Below, piece after piece: positions 31,248-41,329 of a stretch of DNA of 64,000 nucleotides. The notes beneath the pieces were generated by a model, which was given only the letters and a program-made list of their open reading frames with translations, was not told where the DNA came from and searched no databases. The stretch lies in the NCBI GenBank assembly GCA_965603125.1, contig CBFDBU010000005.1, positions 17,359-81,358 on the forward strand. Reading direction: 5' to 3'. The DNA is from an uncultured bacterium (GTDB lineage Bacteria; Zixibacteria; MSB-5A5; GN15; FEB-12). The number at the start of each line of letters is the position of its first letter. The stretch's first letter is position 1. The position numbers and the translations under genes are program-made.

Positions 31248-32250
31248 CCCGTTTCAGCTTGGGGCCGCCGATCATCTCACGGTCGACCTCAATCGACTCC
31301 CTGTTGTACCGAATTCCACGCGCGATATCGTTTTCCAGAAGCAGCGGGCCGTCCAGATCGAAGTAGTCCGCCTGTGACGACATGTACACCGACTGGGCGA
31401 TACCTACCGACGATCCCACCATGCAACCCAACATCACTTTCTTCTTGTCCCGGCGCGCCTGCCTGGCCAGCTTGACACCTTCTAGGATACCGCCACACTT
31501 CTCCATCTTGATGTTGATACCGTCGACCAGAGCGGTATGCCCGGCATAATCCTGCAGGTTGTTCAGGCCTTCGTCCATGATGAGCTCAACCTCGGTGTGC
31601 TTGCCCTTGAGGTGTCTCCATTCCTTGACGTAGCCCTCGTCGGTGGGCTGCTCGATGATTCTCACACCGTGCGTGGCCAGGCGATGAATCATCTCTTCGG
31701 CCTTGGCGCACGACCAGCCGCCGTTGGCGTCCACGCGGATTTCCTTGTCGTTTATCTGGGCCAGCGCGTCGAGCAGAAGAATGTCCTCCTCGTGCCCCAT
31801 CTTAACTTTCACTATCGGATACTCGCAGCTATTGATAGCCTCGATCATTTCAGAGGGTGTGTCGATGGCCACCGTGAACGAGCTCTTGATACCCACCGGG
31901 CTGCCCAGAGACAGCACCTCCCACGGGTAACGCCCGGTTTCGCCCGATATGTAATTGAGCGCCATCGCCATCAGCGCCGAACGGGCCATGGAATGGATAT
32001 CGTACTCGTCGATTGCGGCCAGGGCATCGACGTCAATCCGTTCTTCCATACTGAGGCGTTCGAGTCCTTTCCGGATATCAGACTGGAGATGTTCCACGGA
32101 TGGGCCGTACTGGACGGACGGCGACGCTTCGCCGTTGTAGCGGTTGTTCAGAACCGTCAGCAGGTTCGTTTTGACGGTCGCCTGTCCCCCGGCCACGGCA
32201 AATTTCTTCTTGAGCGGAATAGATATCTTGAAGCTTTCGAGGTGTATCAC
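31219..32250 (-). CDS. dipeptide epimerase (L-Ala-D/L-Glu epimerase, enolase superfamily)
   Basis: KVKMG, RVDANGGW, IEQP and MDEG metal/catalytic motifs of the MR/MLE subgroup, in a peptidoglycan-peptidase context. Confidence 0.8.
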   Translation of the reverse strand: MIHLESFKISIPLKKKFAVAGGQATVKTNLLTVLNNRYNGEASPSVQYGPSVEHLQSDIRKGLERLSMEERIDVDALAAIDEYDIHSMARSALMAMALNYISGETGRYPWEVLSLGSPVGIKSSFTVAIDTPSEMIEAINSCEYPIVKVKMGHEEDILLLDALAQINDKEIRVDANGGWSCAKAEEMIHRLATHGVRIIEQPTDEGYVKEWRHLKGKHTEVELIMDEGLNNLQDYAGHTALVDGINIKMEKCGGILEGVKLARQARRDKKKVMLGCMVGSSVGIAQSVYMSSQADYFDLDGPLLLENDIARGIRYNRESIEVDREMIGGPKLKRDVVEKYIQD

Positions 32251-33077
32251 AGAACTCTCCTTGCCTGATCAAAAGCCGCAGCCAGTTCTTCGGTGTAGTC
32301 GCATCCTTCGGGGTCAAGACTGTTCATCCTGACTCCACCGCCGCCTCGGGAAGCGTGGATGATCCGGGTGCGACCGACGGCCAACCCGACATGTCTCTCA
32401 AAGAAAAGAAGGTCGCCGGTTCGGACTTCACTGCGATCAAGCTTCCTTCCCGCCCGGACCTGGTCGCATGTATCTCGCGGCAGATAAACACCGAACACCG
32501 AAAAGACTGCTCTGACAAACCCGGAGCAGTCAAAGCCGGCGCTCGTGACGCCACCCCATAGATACGGTACACCCAGGAACTTCTTCGCCTCGGCAAGCAG
32601 CGTGCCGGCAGTCATAGAAGCCTTCGTTTTTCCATTTATCGGTCTGATGTTGTTTCGCTTTATATAGAAGCCCCTGCCGTCGGGAGCCGTGATCCTTGCG
32701 AAAGCGTGCCCGGCTGAGCGCGTCTTAAGCATGGTTCCATAGTACAGAAAATAAGGAGAGATGTTCGCCCCGCCGGCGCGGGCGAAGATCCTTGCCGTGG
32801 GTGACGTGACAACGCTGTTGGGCGCCGACAATTGATCGTGATGCCGTGCCTTTGACATCGGCGTAAGGAACCGCTCATCGATCCATCCGGCATACCCGTC
32901 GCTCTGGCGAACATGCGCGAACCCATTCTTCTCGGCGGTGATCTCCACCGGCTCACACCAGAGCAGTTGGCTGAGCCGCTCGCTCTCGTGTTTCGGTTCG
33001 GCTCGTAGATCAAGCAGGTTGTTTGTCGCGAAAGCATACTTCACAGTTAACGTTACGGTCACCGACCGCGCAATCAA
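32247..33077 (-). CDS. NlpC/P60 family peptidase with N-terminal SH3b domains (gamma-D-Glu-diamino acid endopeptidase-like)
   Basis: GVPYLWGGVTSAGFDCSGFVR catalytic Cys motif and a downstream His. The listed start is TTG directly after a terminator U-tract; internal GTG starts at 33062 and 33044 are alternatives. Confidence 0.85.
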   Translation of the reverse strand: MIARSVTVTLTVKYAFATNNLLDLRAEPKHESERLSQLLWCEPVEITAEKNGFAHVRQSDGYAGWIDERFLTPMSKARHHDQLSAPNSVVTSPTARIFARAGGANISPYFLYYGTMLKTRSAGHAFARITAPDGRGFYIKRNNIRPINGKTKASMTAGTLLAEAKKFLGVPYLWGGVTSAGFDCSGFVRAVFSVFGVYLPRDTCDQVRAGRKLDRSEVRTGDLLFFERHVGLAVGRTRIIHASRGGGGVRMNSLDPEGCDYTEELAAAFDQARRVL

Positions 33078-33078
33078 A

Positions 33079-33108
33079 CAAAAAAAGGCCGGGTGTTACT
33101 GCCCGACC
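33079..33108 (-). terminator. intrinsic terminator after the aminotransferase gene
   Basis: The minus strand reads GGTCGGGC-agtaaca-CCCGGCC followed by TTTTTTTG, 42 nt after the stop. Confidence 0.7.
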
Positions 33109-33149
33109 TTCAACATACTTAAGGCCCGCCGTCTGATCGCTCTGCCGAC

Positions 33150-34328
33150 CTAAATACCGGCCACGAACTTCTCCAGCCGGTTGAGCGCTTCGCGGATGTT
33201 CTCCACCGAGTTGGCGTATGAGAACCGCAGGTATCCCTCTCCATACTCCCCGAAGGCCGTCCCGGACAGACAAGCCACGCCGGTTTCATCCAGAAGTCTG
33301 CGGGCCAGGTCGGCAGATGGCAATCCGACTTTGGTAACGTTGGGGAAGACATAGAACGCGCCCAGCGGGTTGGTGCAACTGACACGATCAATCCTGTTGA
33401 GACCTTCCACGAAAACATCCCGGCGGCGTTTGAACTCGGCGACCATGTTGTCCACATCATCCTGCGGGCCGGTGAGGGCCTCCATCAGGGCTGTCTGGGC
33501 GAAGGTGGCGGTGCAGGAGAAATTGTTTATCGCCAGTTGCGTCAGCCACTGGGCCAGTTTGAACGGCATGACCCCGTAACCCAGACGCCATCCCGTCATG
33601 GAATAGGTTTTGGACATGCCGTCGAGCATAATTGTCCGTTTGAGTGCGCCCGGAATGGAGCAGATGGACCGGAACTCGGTATCGTAGATGATTCGTGAGT
33701 AGATTTCGTCGGTGAGAATCCACAGGTCGTGTTCCTCGGCCATTTCGTATATGGCCTGAAGGTCGTCCATCGTCAGGACACCGCCGGTCGGATTCTGCGG
33801 TGAATTGATGATTATCATGCTCGTTCGGGGTGTTATGAGGGCGCGGAGTTCCTTGACGGAGAATCGGAAATCACTCTCCTCACGGAGCTTCATCGGCACC
33901 GGCGTGGCGCCCACGTAGGAAACGACCGATTCGTAGATCGGGTAACCGGGGTTGGGGACGATCACCTCATCCCCTTTGTTAACAATGGCAAAAATGGCGG
34001 TGAAAATGACCGGCTTGGCGCCGGGCATGATAACAACGTTTTCGGCGTCCACGTCGGTTTTGCGCGTGCGGGATACGTAGTCGGCCACGATCTTCCGAGC
34101 CTCGGGGACACCCGCCGATGGGCAGTAATGAGTCTTGCCGTCGCGAATAGCCTGGATAGCGGCATCGCTGATATTGGCCGGTGTGTCGAAATCCGGCTCG
34201 CCGATCTCAAGGTGGATTATCGATTTCCCCTGCGCTTCGAGCGCCTTGGCGCGCGCCAGCACTTCAAAAGCGCTTTCCGTGCCGAGACGGGACATTCTAT
34301 CTGCATACTGCATAGCTTCTTTCCCCAC
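33150..34328 (-). CDS. class I/II pyridoxal-phosphate aminotransferase (aspartate aminotransferase-like)
   Basis: PLP-lysine motif SKTYSMTGWRLGY, plus NPQNPTG. 392 aa. Confidence 0.9.
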   Translation of the reverse strand: MGKEAMQYADRMSRLGTESAFEVLARAKALEAQGKSIIHLEIGEPDFDTPANISDAAIQAIRDGKTHYCPSAGVPEARKIVADYVSRTRKTDVDAENVVIMPGAKPVIFTAIFAIVNKGDEVIVPNPGYPIYESVVSYVGATPVPMKLREESDFRFSVKELRALITPRTSMIIINSPQNPTGGVLTMDDLQAIYEMAEEHDLWILTDEIYSRIIYDTEFRSICSIPGALKRTIMLDGMSKTYSMTGWRLGYGVMPFKLAQWLTQLAINNFSCTATFAQTALMEALTGPQDDVDNMVAEFKRRRDVFVEGLNRIDRVSCTNPLGAFYVFPNVTKVGLPSADLARRLLDETGVACLSGTAFGEYGEGYLRFSYANSVENIREALNRLEKFVAGI

Positions 34329-34330
34329 TT

Positions 34331-36343
34331 CTACAGTTTCAATAGCGTTTTCGCTTTATCGGCAATATGCTCGGCCGCGACACCGAACTCCTTGATAAGC
34401 TGCCAGGGTTTGCCGGACTCTCCGAATCGATCCTGAACCCCGACCATGTCAAAGCGGAGATTCCTGTCCCAGAGCGACGGCTGGCGACAGACAGCAGCGG
34501 CTACAAGATTGCCCAGGCCACCCACCTGGTGTTCCTCGGCAGTGAGGATGACGCCGGTCTCTGCGGCGGCACGTACTATGGCCTCCTTGTCGAGCGGCTT
34601 GACGGTGTGCATGTTGATCACGCGCGTCTCGATACCGAAGTCGGTCTTGAGCATCCAGGCCGCCCGGAGCGCTTCGGGAGTCTCCGGGCCGCACGAGATG
34701 ATGGTCAACTGCTCATTTTCATTCTTATACTCGGAAGCCAAGCAGATATCAAAGGCATCAACCATGTTCTCCGCCTCACGACGGAGCCGGAAGATGTTTG
34801 CCTCGCCGAACTGGAAAGGCGAGTCTTCCTTAGTGACGATAGGTGTCGCTTCCCGGGCGAAACGGATATACTTGGGACCGACAACGGCAAACAGAAGCGT
34901 CTTGGTCATTTTCTCGGTCTCAATTGAATCGCACGGCACCCCCACCTGCATGTTGGGCAGGCCGGTCATCTGAAACAGAGCCTCCAACTCCTGGTGGGTA
35001 GCGCCGTCCGGGCCGACTGATATCCCGCCGTGGGCGCCCACTATCAGGACGTTGTAATCCCCGTAGCAGACGGACACCCGCAACTGGTCGAGATTGCGGG
35101 CAGAGGCAAACACGCCGTAGGTTCCAAAGACCGGGATTTTACCCTCCTTGGCCAGTCCCACGGCAACCGTGGTACAGTTCTGTTCCGCTACACCCAGTGA
35201 AATCCAGCGGTCTTTTCGCTCCGGGTGATTCTCGTAGAACTGGGAGATCGTGATGGATCCGGAGATGTCGGCCCCGATACAGACAATGCGTTCGTCGTCA
35301 CCATACTTGTCGAGCGCCCGTCCGAACCCTTTCCGAGTCGGATCCATCTTCACCTTCATCTTGTCGGAACTGTTCCACCAGAAATCCCCGGAGAACCGGG
35401 GCAGCTTCAACGACAGTTTCGCCTCCACCTCAGCCTGGTAATCGCGACCGATTGCCAGCAGAGCCTCGACATCGAACTGCTCGGTCAGCCCAAGCTCCTG
35501 AAGACCCTGTTCCATTTCCTCCCGACTGGGCGGCTTGCCGTGCCAGCCGACAGCATCTTCCATGAACGAGACGCCCTTACCCTTGGTGGTGTGACAGATC
35601 AGAGCCACCGGCTTACCGGTATCGTTATAGTTGCGGGCGAAATCGAGCTTGTCGACGATATCCACCATGTCGTGACCGTCGACATCGAGCACGTGCCATC
35701 CGAAAGCCCGGTACTTGTCCGTGATCGGGTCGATACTCATCACGTCCTCGGTGTCGCCGTCGATCTGCAGCCGGTTGCGATCCAGGATGAGGACGAGATT
35801 ATCCAGTTTATAGTGAGCGCCGGCCATGGCCGCTTCCCAGATGGAACCCTCCTGATGTTCACCGTCCGATGAAATCACAAAGACGCTGTGATCTTTCTTG
35901 TCCAGTTTCGCCGCTAGAGCGACTCCTACGCCGACCGAGAAACCCTGTCCAAGCGACCCGGATGAAATCTCGACACCCGGTAGATCCTTGCGATGGGGGT
36001 GCCCCTGAAAAGGAGAACCCAACATGCGCAGTTTCATCAGTTCCTGCTCCGGGAAGTATCCGGCCATGGCCAGAGAAAGATACAAAGCCGGAGCCTTGTG
36101 ACCGGCCGACCAGATGATCCGATCCCGGTCCTGCCAGAGGGGATCTCCCGGATTGTGGCGGGCGATTTTCAGGTAAAGCGCGGCGCACACATCCATCAAA
36201 CCCAGGGTGCCGCCGGAGTGACCCGAGGCGGCCGAACACAGCGCGATGAGATTCAGCCCGCGCATGTAATTGGCCCGTTCCTTCAACTGCTCAATCGAGT
36301 AGTCCTGTATCGTTTGGTTCGTCTTGGAATCGGTTAATGGCAT
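34331..36343 (-). CDS. tkt: transketolase
   Basis: 670 aa. SGHSGGTLG, the ThDP motif SDGEHQEGSIWEA...N, and pyrimidine-binding and C-terminal domains are all present. Confidence 0.92.
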   Translation of the reverse strand: MPLTDSKTNQTIQDYSIEQLKERANYMRGLNLIALCSAASGHSGGTLGLMDVCAALYLKIARHNPGDPLWQDRDRIIWSAGHKAPALYLSLAMAGYFPEQELMKLRMLGSPFQGHPHRKDLPGVEISSGSLGQGFSVGVGVALAAKLDKKDHSVFVISSDGEHQEGSIWEAAMAGAHYKLDNLVLILDRNRLQIDGDTEDVMSIDPITDKYRAFGWHVLDVDGHDMVDIVDKLDFARNYNDTGKPVALICHTTKGKGVSFMEDAVGWHGKPPSREEMEQGLQELGLTEQFDVEALLAIGRDYQAEVEAKLSLKLPRFSGDFWWNSSDKMKVKMDPTRKGFGRALDKYGDDERIVCIGADISGSITISQFYENHPERKDRWISLGVAEQNCTTVAVGLAKEGKIPVFGTYGVFASARNLDQLRVSVCYGDYNVLIVGAHGGISVGPDGATHQELEALFQMTGLPNMQVGVPCDSIETEKMTKTLLFAVVGPKYIRFAREATPIVTKEDSPFQFGEANIFRLRREAENMVDAFDICLASEYKNENEQLTIISCGPETPEALRAAWMLKTDFGIETRVINMHTVKPLDKEAIVRAAAETGVILTAEEHQVGGLGNLVAAAVCRQPSLWDRNLRFDMVGVQDRFGESGKPWQLIKEFGVAAEHIADKAKTLLKL

Positions 36344-36416
36344 ACCAGCAACCTCTTCATTTGTGAAATAATTAACATACCTGTTGACTCAAAATAAACG
36401 GGTTTGCACCGGCAAG

Positions 36417-37019
36417 TCAACCGTTAGTCAACTGTTTTCGCACAAACTTTTCAAAGAAGACGACGAGCTTTGCCCGTAGCGCCCGAACCGATCCGTTGTT
36501 GAGAATCAGCCGGTCTGAGCGCTCCCGGTACACCGCGAACGGCAACTGGGATTTCTGCCGGGCGCGGGCGTCTGCGACCGAAATGCCCCGCGCCTTGAGT
36601 CGCCGCAAGCGAGTATCCCACGAGGCATGGATGACCAGAGTCAGGTCCATTTCGCGATCCATCTTCCAGTCCAGGAGGAGGGCGGCGTCGACCACTACGA
36701 CAGGTGACTTGCGCGCCTGATCCTTCATCCGGCGTCGCAGTTCTTTGAGCAGGTAGGGGTGAACGAGTCGGTCGAGAGCCTGCTTGGTCGTCTGGTCGGC
36801 GAAAGCCCGGGCGGCCAGCCGCTTGCGGTTCAGCCTGCCGGAACGCGTGAAGATATCGCGGCCGAAGCGGCCGGCCAGCTTTGCCTGAAGCGCAGCCGAT
36901 TGCTCCACCACCGCATGGCCGATCCTGTCGGCGTCGATGACGGCCGCCCCTAAATCGGCCAGTATCCGTGCCGCCGTCGTTTTCCCGGAGCCAATTTGGC
37001 CTGTGACACCGATTAACAT
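36417..37019 (-). CDS. coaE: dephospho-CoA kinase
   Basis: P-loop GVTGQIGSGKTT, 200 aa, downstream of polA. Confidence 0.9.
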   Translation of the reverse strand: MLIGVTGQIGSGKTTAARILADLGAAVIDADRIGHAVVEQSAALQAKLAGRFGRDIFTRSGRLNRKRLAARAFADQTTKQALDRLVHPYLLKELRRRMKDQARKSPVVVVDAALLLDWKMDREMDLTLVIHASWDTRLRRLKARGISVADARARQKSQLPFAVYRERSDRLILNNGSVRALRAKLVVFFEKFVRKQLTNG

Positions 37020-37075
37020 GAGAAGGAATTAAAGGAATTCAATCCCGTTCGGCAAGAGCGCCTCGCCGGTGTCCG

Positions 37076-39802
37076 CTACTTGGCCTCCAGCCAGTTGTCA
37101 CCGATACCCATATCCACAACCACCGGCACATTGAGCCGAACGGCTTTCTCCATGGCGGTCTTGACGATCTTCTCAAGCGCGGCAAGTTCGTCTTTGTGGG
37201 CGTCAAAGACCAGTTCGTCGTGCACCTGGAGCACCATGCGGGAACGCATCCCCTGCATCCGTTCGAAGATCCTGACCATCGCCAGTTTTATCATATCGGC
37301 CGCCGTCCCCTGGATGGGAGTGTTTATGGCCGTTCGCTCGGCGAACTGGCGGACGTTGAAGTTCCGGCTGTTAATCTCCGGGAGATAACGACGGCGATTG
37401 AGCATGGTGGTCACAAATCCCTGGTCGCGTGCGGCCTGTTTGGTGGTCTCTATATATGTCCTGATTCCCGGATAACGTTCGAAATACGTGTCTATGAACT
37501 GTTTGGCACTGGTCAGGTCAAGTTCCGTCTGCTGCGAGAGACCATGTGCCGTCACACCGTAAATGACGGCGAAATTGGCCGTCTTGGCGGCCCGCCTTTG
37601 CTCTGAGGTCACGTCTTCGATGGTAATCCCGTACACCTCGGCGGCGGTGCGGGTATGGATGTCCTCGCCGTTCTTGAAGGCCTCAATCAGACCCTTGTCC
37701 TGAGAGTAGTGTGCCAGGATTCGCAGTTCAATCTGGGAGTAATCCGCCACCAACAAACGGTGATCTGAATTGCGGGGAATGAATGCCCGGCGAATGCGGC
37801 GGCCTTCTTCGGTACGAACCGGTATGTTCTGAAGGTTCGGGTTTGTCGACGACAGCCTTCCGGTAGTCGTAACGGCCTGGTTGAACGAGGTGTGGACACG
37901 GCCGGTCTGTCCGTTTATCAGCCTGGGAAGCGCATCTATGTACGTGTTGGTGAGTTTCGTCAACTGCCGGTAATCGAGAATGAGCCGCGGAAAAGGGTCG
38001 ATCACGGCCAGCTCTTCAAGCACCCGGACATCGGTGGAATAGCCTGTTTTCCCGGCGGTCTTGCCCTTTGTCGGAAGCCCTAACTTCTCAAACAGGACGT
38101 GTCCCAGTTGCCTGGTCGAGTTTATGTTGAACTCCCCTCCGGCCACGCTGTAGATCTCGGTCCTGAGTTCCTCCAGCCTTTTCTCCATCTGCACCGAGAG
38201 ATCTGCCAGCAGATCGGTATCGACCCGAATCCCGGTTTCTTCCATCGAGGCCAGCACCCGAATGAGGGGCACTTCCACGTTATAGAAAAGGTTGTTCAAC
38301 TCGTAGTCGTCGATCATGGGCGCCAGTTCCCCCCGCAGGCGGTATGTGAAGTCGGCGTCTTCGGCGGCATAGAATGTCGCCTCCCTGACCGGAACGACAT
38401 CGAATGTCTGCTGTTTCCTGCCGCTGCCGATCAGGTCGGTGATCGGTTGCATGGTGTAGTCGAAATGCTTCATCGCCAGGAAGCTCAGAGAATGCTCCCG
38501 CGAGGAAGGATTCAGCAGATAGGAAGCGATCATACTGTCAAAAGAGATCGGCGTTATGTTGAGACCGTGCCGATGAAAGACCTCGAGGTCATACTTGATG
38601 TTCTGCCCGAACTTCTGAACCTCAGGGTTTTCCAGGAGAGTCTGGAGAACCGCGAGAGCCTCGTCATGCGGCAGGTTCTTTTTGCTGTCGGTGGTGTGAC
38701 CCAACGGAACGTAGTAGGCCACACCCCTCTCGGCGCAAAGAGAAACACCGACCAGGTCAGCCTCAAGTGTGTTCAACGAGGTAGTCTCGGTGTCAACGGC
38801 CACCTCCCTTTTGCGCGACAGCTTGGCGACCAGGGCCTTCAGGTCCTGAATCGAGGAGACCATTCGGTACTCCACCTGCCGGGGGCGATCGACCGAGGCC
38901 GCCTGTTCGGCAGACGCCTCTGCTTCCGGAAGAACCTGCTTGAGCAGCGAGGTGAACTCCAACTCCAGAAAGAGGCTCTTGACATGATCGTAGTCAATCC
39001 GGCGTCGCTTCAGGTCTCCAAGTTCAAACCGTATGGGAACCTCGGTGTCGATCGTGACAAGCCTCCGGGAAAGTTCTGCAATATCGGAATTTGCCGCGAT
39101 CTTCTCGCGCAATCCTTTAGCGGTGATTTCACTGTGACGAACCAGAATATCGTCCAGCGAGCCGAATTGTGCCAGTAGCTTGTCGGCTGTCTTCGCTCCG
39201 ACCCCGGGCACCCCCGGCACATTGTCCGAACTGTCGCCCATCAGGGCCAGCTTGTCAATTATGCGTTCCGGTGGAACGCCGAACTTCGTGACTACCTCCT
39301 CGCGTCCCATGCGTTCAGGTTTTTCCGAGGCCCGCCCGGGGTTGTAGACTCCGACATTCTCACTGACAAGTTGGAAGAAGTCCTTGTCGCCGCTAACACA
39401 CCAGACTTCGTGTCCGGCTTTTTCGGCCAGCCTGGCCATAGTGCCGATAATATCGTCGGCCTCGTACCCGGCCATCTCAAATGAGGCGATACTGAGTGCT
39501 TCGACCGCCTGATGAATACGAGGCAGTTGTTCAACCAGATCATCCGGCATTTTGGTTCGAGTCGATTTGTAGCCGTCGTACATCTCGTGACGGAAAGTCG
39601 GCTCCCCGGTGTCAAACACAACGGCCAGGTAGTCCGGATTTTCGTCCCTGATGATCTTGAGCAGAGAATTGACGAATCCGAACGTGGCCGACGTGTTCTC
39701 CCCCTTGGAGTTGATCAGTGGATTACGTATGAAGGCATAATAGGCGCGGTAGAATAAGGCCGAGCCGTCGACCAGGAATACCTTCTGCCGGGGTCGGTTC
39801 AT
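37076..39802 (-). CDS. polA: DNA polymerase I
   Basis: 5'-nuclease domain, 3'-5' exo motif VAVDTETTSL, pol motifs A (DYSQIELR), B (RRAAKTANFAVIYG) and C (QVHDELV). Confidence 0.97.
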   Translation of the reverse strand: MNRPRQKVFLVDGSALFYRAYYAFIRNPLINSKGENTSATFGFVNSLLKIIRDENPDYLAVVFDTGEPTFRHEMYDGYKSTRTKMPDDLVEQLPRIHQAVEALSIASFEMAGYEADDIIGTMARLAEKAGHEVWCVSGDKDFFQLVSENVGVYNPGRASEKPERMGREEVVTKFGVPPERIIDKLALMGDSSDNVPGVPGVGAKTADKLLAQFGSLDDILVRHSEITAKGLREKIAANSDIAELSRRLVTIDTEVPIRFELGDLKRRRIDYDHVKSLFLELEFTSLLKQVLPEAEASAEQAASVDRPRQVEYRMVSSIQDLKALVAKLSRKREVAVDTETTSLNTLEADLVGVSLCAERGVAYYVPLGHTTDSKKNLPHDEALAVLQTLLENPEVQKFGQNIKYDLEVFHRHGLNITPISFDSMIASYLLNPSSREHSLSFLAMKHFDYTMQPITDLIGSGRKQQTFDVVPVREATFYAAEDADFTYRLRGELAPMIDDYELNNLFYNVEVPLIRVLASMEETGIRVDTDLLADLSVQMEKRLEELRTEIYSVAGGEFNINSTRQLGHVLFEKLGLPTKGKTAGKTGYSTDVRVLEELAVIDPFPRLILDYRQLTKLTNTYIDALPRLINGQTGRVHTSFNQAVTTTGRLSSTNPNLQNIPVRTEEGRRIRRAFIPRNSDHRLLVADYSQIELRILAHYSQDKGLIEAFKNGEDIHTRTAAEVYGITIEDVTSEQRRAAKTANFAVIYGVTAHGLSQQTELDLTSAKQFIDTYFERYPGIRTYIETTKQAARDQGFVTTMLNRRRYLPEINSRNFNVRQFAERTAINTPIQGTAADMIKLAMVRIFERMQGMRSRMVLQVHDELVFDAHKDELAALEKIVKTAMEKAVRLNVPVVVDMGIGDNWLEAK

Positions 39803-40407
39803 TGATACAGACCCCTCGCCGCGATATACTGCCGAACAGGTTCCGGGATCAACCGTTGGAGTTGTCCGGATGGAGCGCTTTTGCCGATCAGTTCGCGTAC
39901 CCGCGTTGAGGATGCCTCAAGTGGCGATGTTTCGATCATCCGCACCCGACCCGACCACCCGTGGTCCGTTCCTTCAGTGAAATTGCCGGGCGGTCGGACG
40001 CCGACCAGAACCGGAACCTCGGTCAGTATTTCGTCCGGCTTGTGCCACCGGTTAAGCTCGGCCAGGTTGTCCTCCCCAATAAGAAAGCTGAACACCGCCA
40101 TTGGAAGCGCTTTCTTCAAGGCTCGCACGGTGCTGAGGGTGTATCCCGGGAGATCTTGCTCCTTTTCGATTTCACTGATAATGAGGTAGTCACAGCCGGC
40201 GGCGGCCAGCGTGAGCATCTCTACCCGCTGCTCAAACGTGGCATGGCATGCTTCCTTGAACGGGTGCCGGAAGGCGGGGACGAGCAGCACCCCGTCGAGA
40301 CCGGCCTTAGAGTGAATCTCTGAAGCTAAATTAAGATGACCGAGATGTACCGGGTCGAACGATCCTCCCAGAATCCCCCAGGCGCCGCCGTTTTCAGGAG
40401 TCGGCAT
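39799..40407 (-). CDS. nadD: nicotinate-nucleotide adenylyltransferase
   Basis: GGSFDPVHLGH motif, 202 aa. The stop overlaps the polA ATG (ATGA). Confidence 0.9.
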   Translation of the reverse strand: MPTPENGGAWGILGGSFDPVHLGHLNLASEIHSKAGLDGVLLVPAFRHPFKEACHATFEQRVEMLTLAAAGCDYLIISEIEKEQDLPGYTLSTVRALKKALPMAVFSFLIGEDNLAELNRWHKPDEILTEVPVLVGVRPPGNFTEGTDHGWSGRVRMIETSPLEASSTRVRELIGKSAPSGQLQRLIPEPVRQYIAARGLYQ

Positions 40408-41329
40408 TCTCCACCTGCACGCTGTCGGGAGCTGCCGAGGTTATCCTGTTCAGGTAGTCATCCGCTTTTTCGGTCAGTTCGTTGTCCGGGAAATCCCTTT
40501 TAAACAACTCCAGTTTTTGTTGCGCGAGTGTGTAGTCGCCTCGTTTGAAGGCCGCCTCACCGCTCTTAAACGCCGCCACGACGGCTTTCTCTGCGGCTCG
40601 AGGGGCAAGTTCGTGATCTGGAAAAACAGCGAAGAAGTCCTCGAACTTCCCGCGGGCCGCGTCGAATTCGTTTAACTTGAAATCCATGCAGGCATACTCA
40701 TAGGTCGCCAGGGGAGCGAATTCGGTGTCGGTGTAATCATCGATAACGCGCTGGAAATATATCCTGGCAGCTTCATACGCCCCGATGCGATCGTACACGA
40801 CGCCGCTCTCATAGCACTTCCGCGCCAAGCGGGTCCTGGCCACCAGTAGGTATTTTCGAGCGTCCTCGGCAATGTCGCTTTCGGGGAAATCAATGGTGAA
40901 ATCCTCAAACTCCTTGATGGCGGTTTGCAACTGGTCCTGATCGAGGCCATAGTGAGACGGGGTAGCCTCGAAATGGCAGACGGCCCTCATGAAGATGGCG
41001 TTCTCAAAATAGACGCTGGCTGGGTAGTTGAGAGCCAGCCTGTTGAATTCCACCTGGGCCACCTCGTACTCCCCGTTACCGAAGTAAGCCAGCGCCAGAT
41101 AGTATTGAGCGGTGTCGACGATAGTCTCGCCGGGGTAGTTGTAAACGCAGCTTTCGAGTATCTCAATGGCCTTGAGATACTTCTCCTTCTCGTAGGCTTT
41201 GCGTCCCTTTTCAAACAGTTCGCCGGCGGTCATCCGGGACAGCGATTTGGAACCGCCACATCCCACTGTAAGCAGCGCGAAAACCAGCGCCAGTACTATC
41301 CCGTAGTGCGATATTCGGCAAGCTCTCAA
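40394..41329 (-). CDS. bamD: TPR-repeat outer-membrane lipoprotein, BamD (YfiO)-like
   Basis: Signal peptide ending LLTVGC, then TPR-like repeats (YLKAIEILE, YYLALAYF, ...). Size and architecture fit BamD. Confidence 0.6.
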   Translation of the reverse strand: MRACRISHYGIVLALVFALLTVGCGGSKSLSRMTAGELFEKGRKAYEKEKYLKAIEILESCVYNYPGETIVDTAQYYLALAYFGNGEYEVAQVEFNRLALNYPASVYFENAIFMRAVCHFEATPSHYGLDQDQLQTAIKEFEDFTIDFPESDIAEDARKYLLVARTRLARKCYESGVVYDRIGAYEAARIYFQRVIDDYTDTEFAPLATYEYACMDFKLNEFDAARGKFEDFFAVFPDHELAPRAAEKAVVAAFKSGEAAFKRGDYTLAQQKLELFKRDFPDNELTEKADDYLNRITSAAPDSVQVENADS

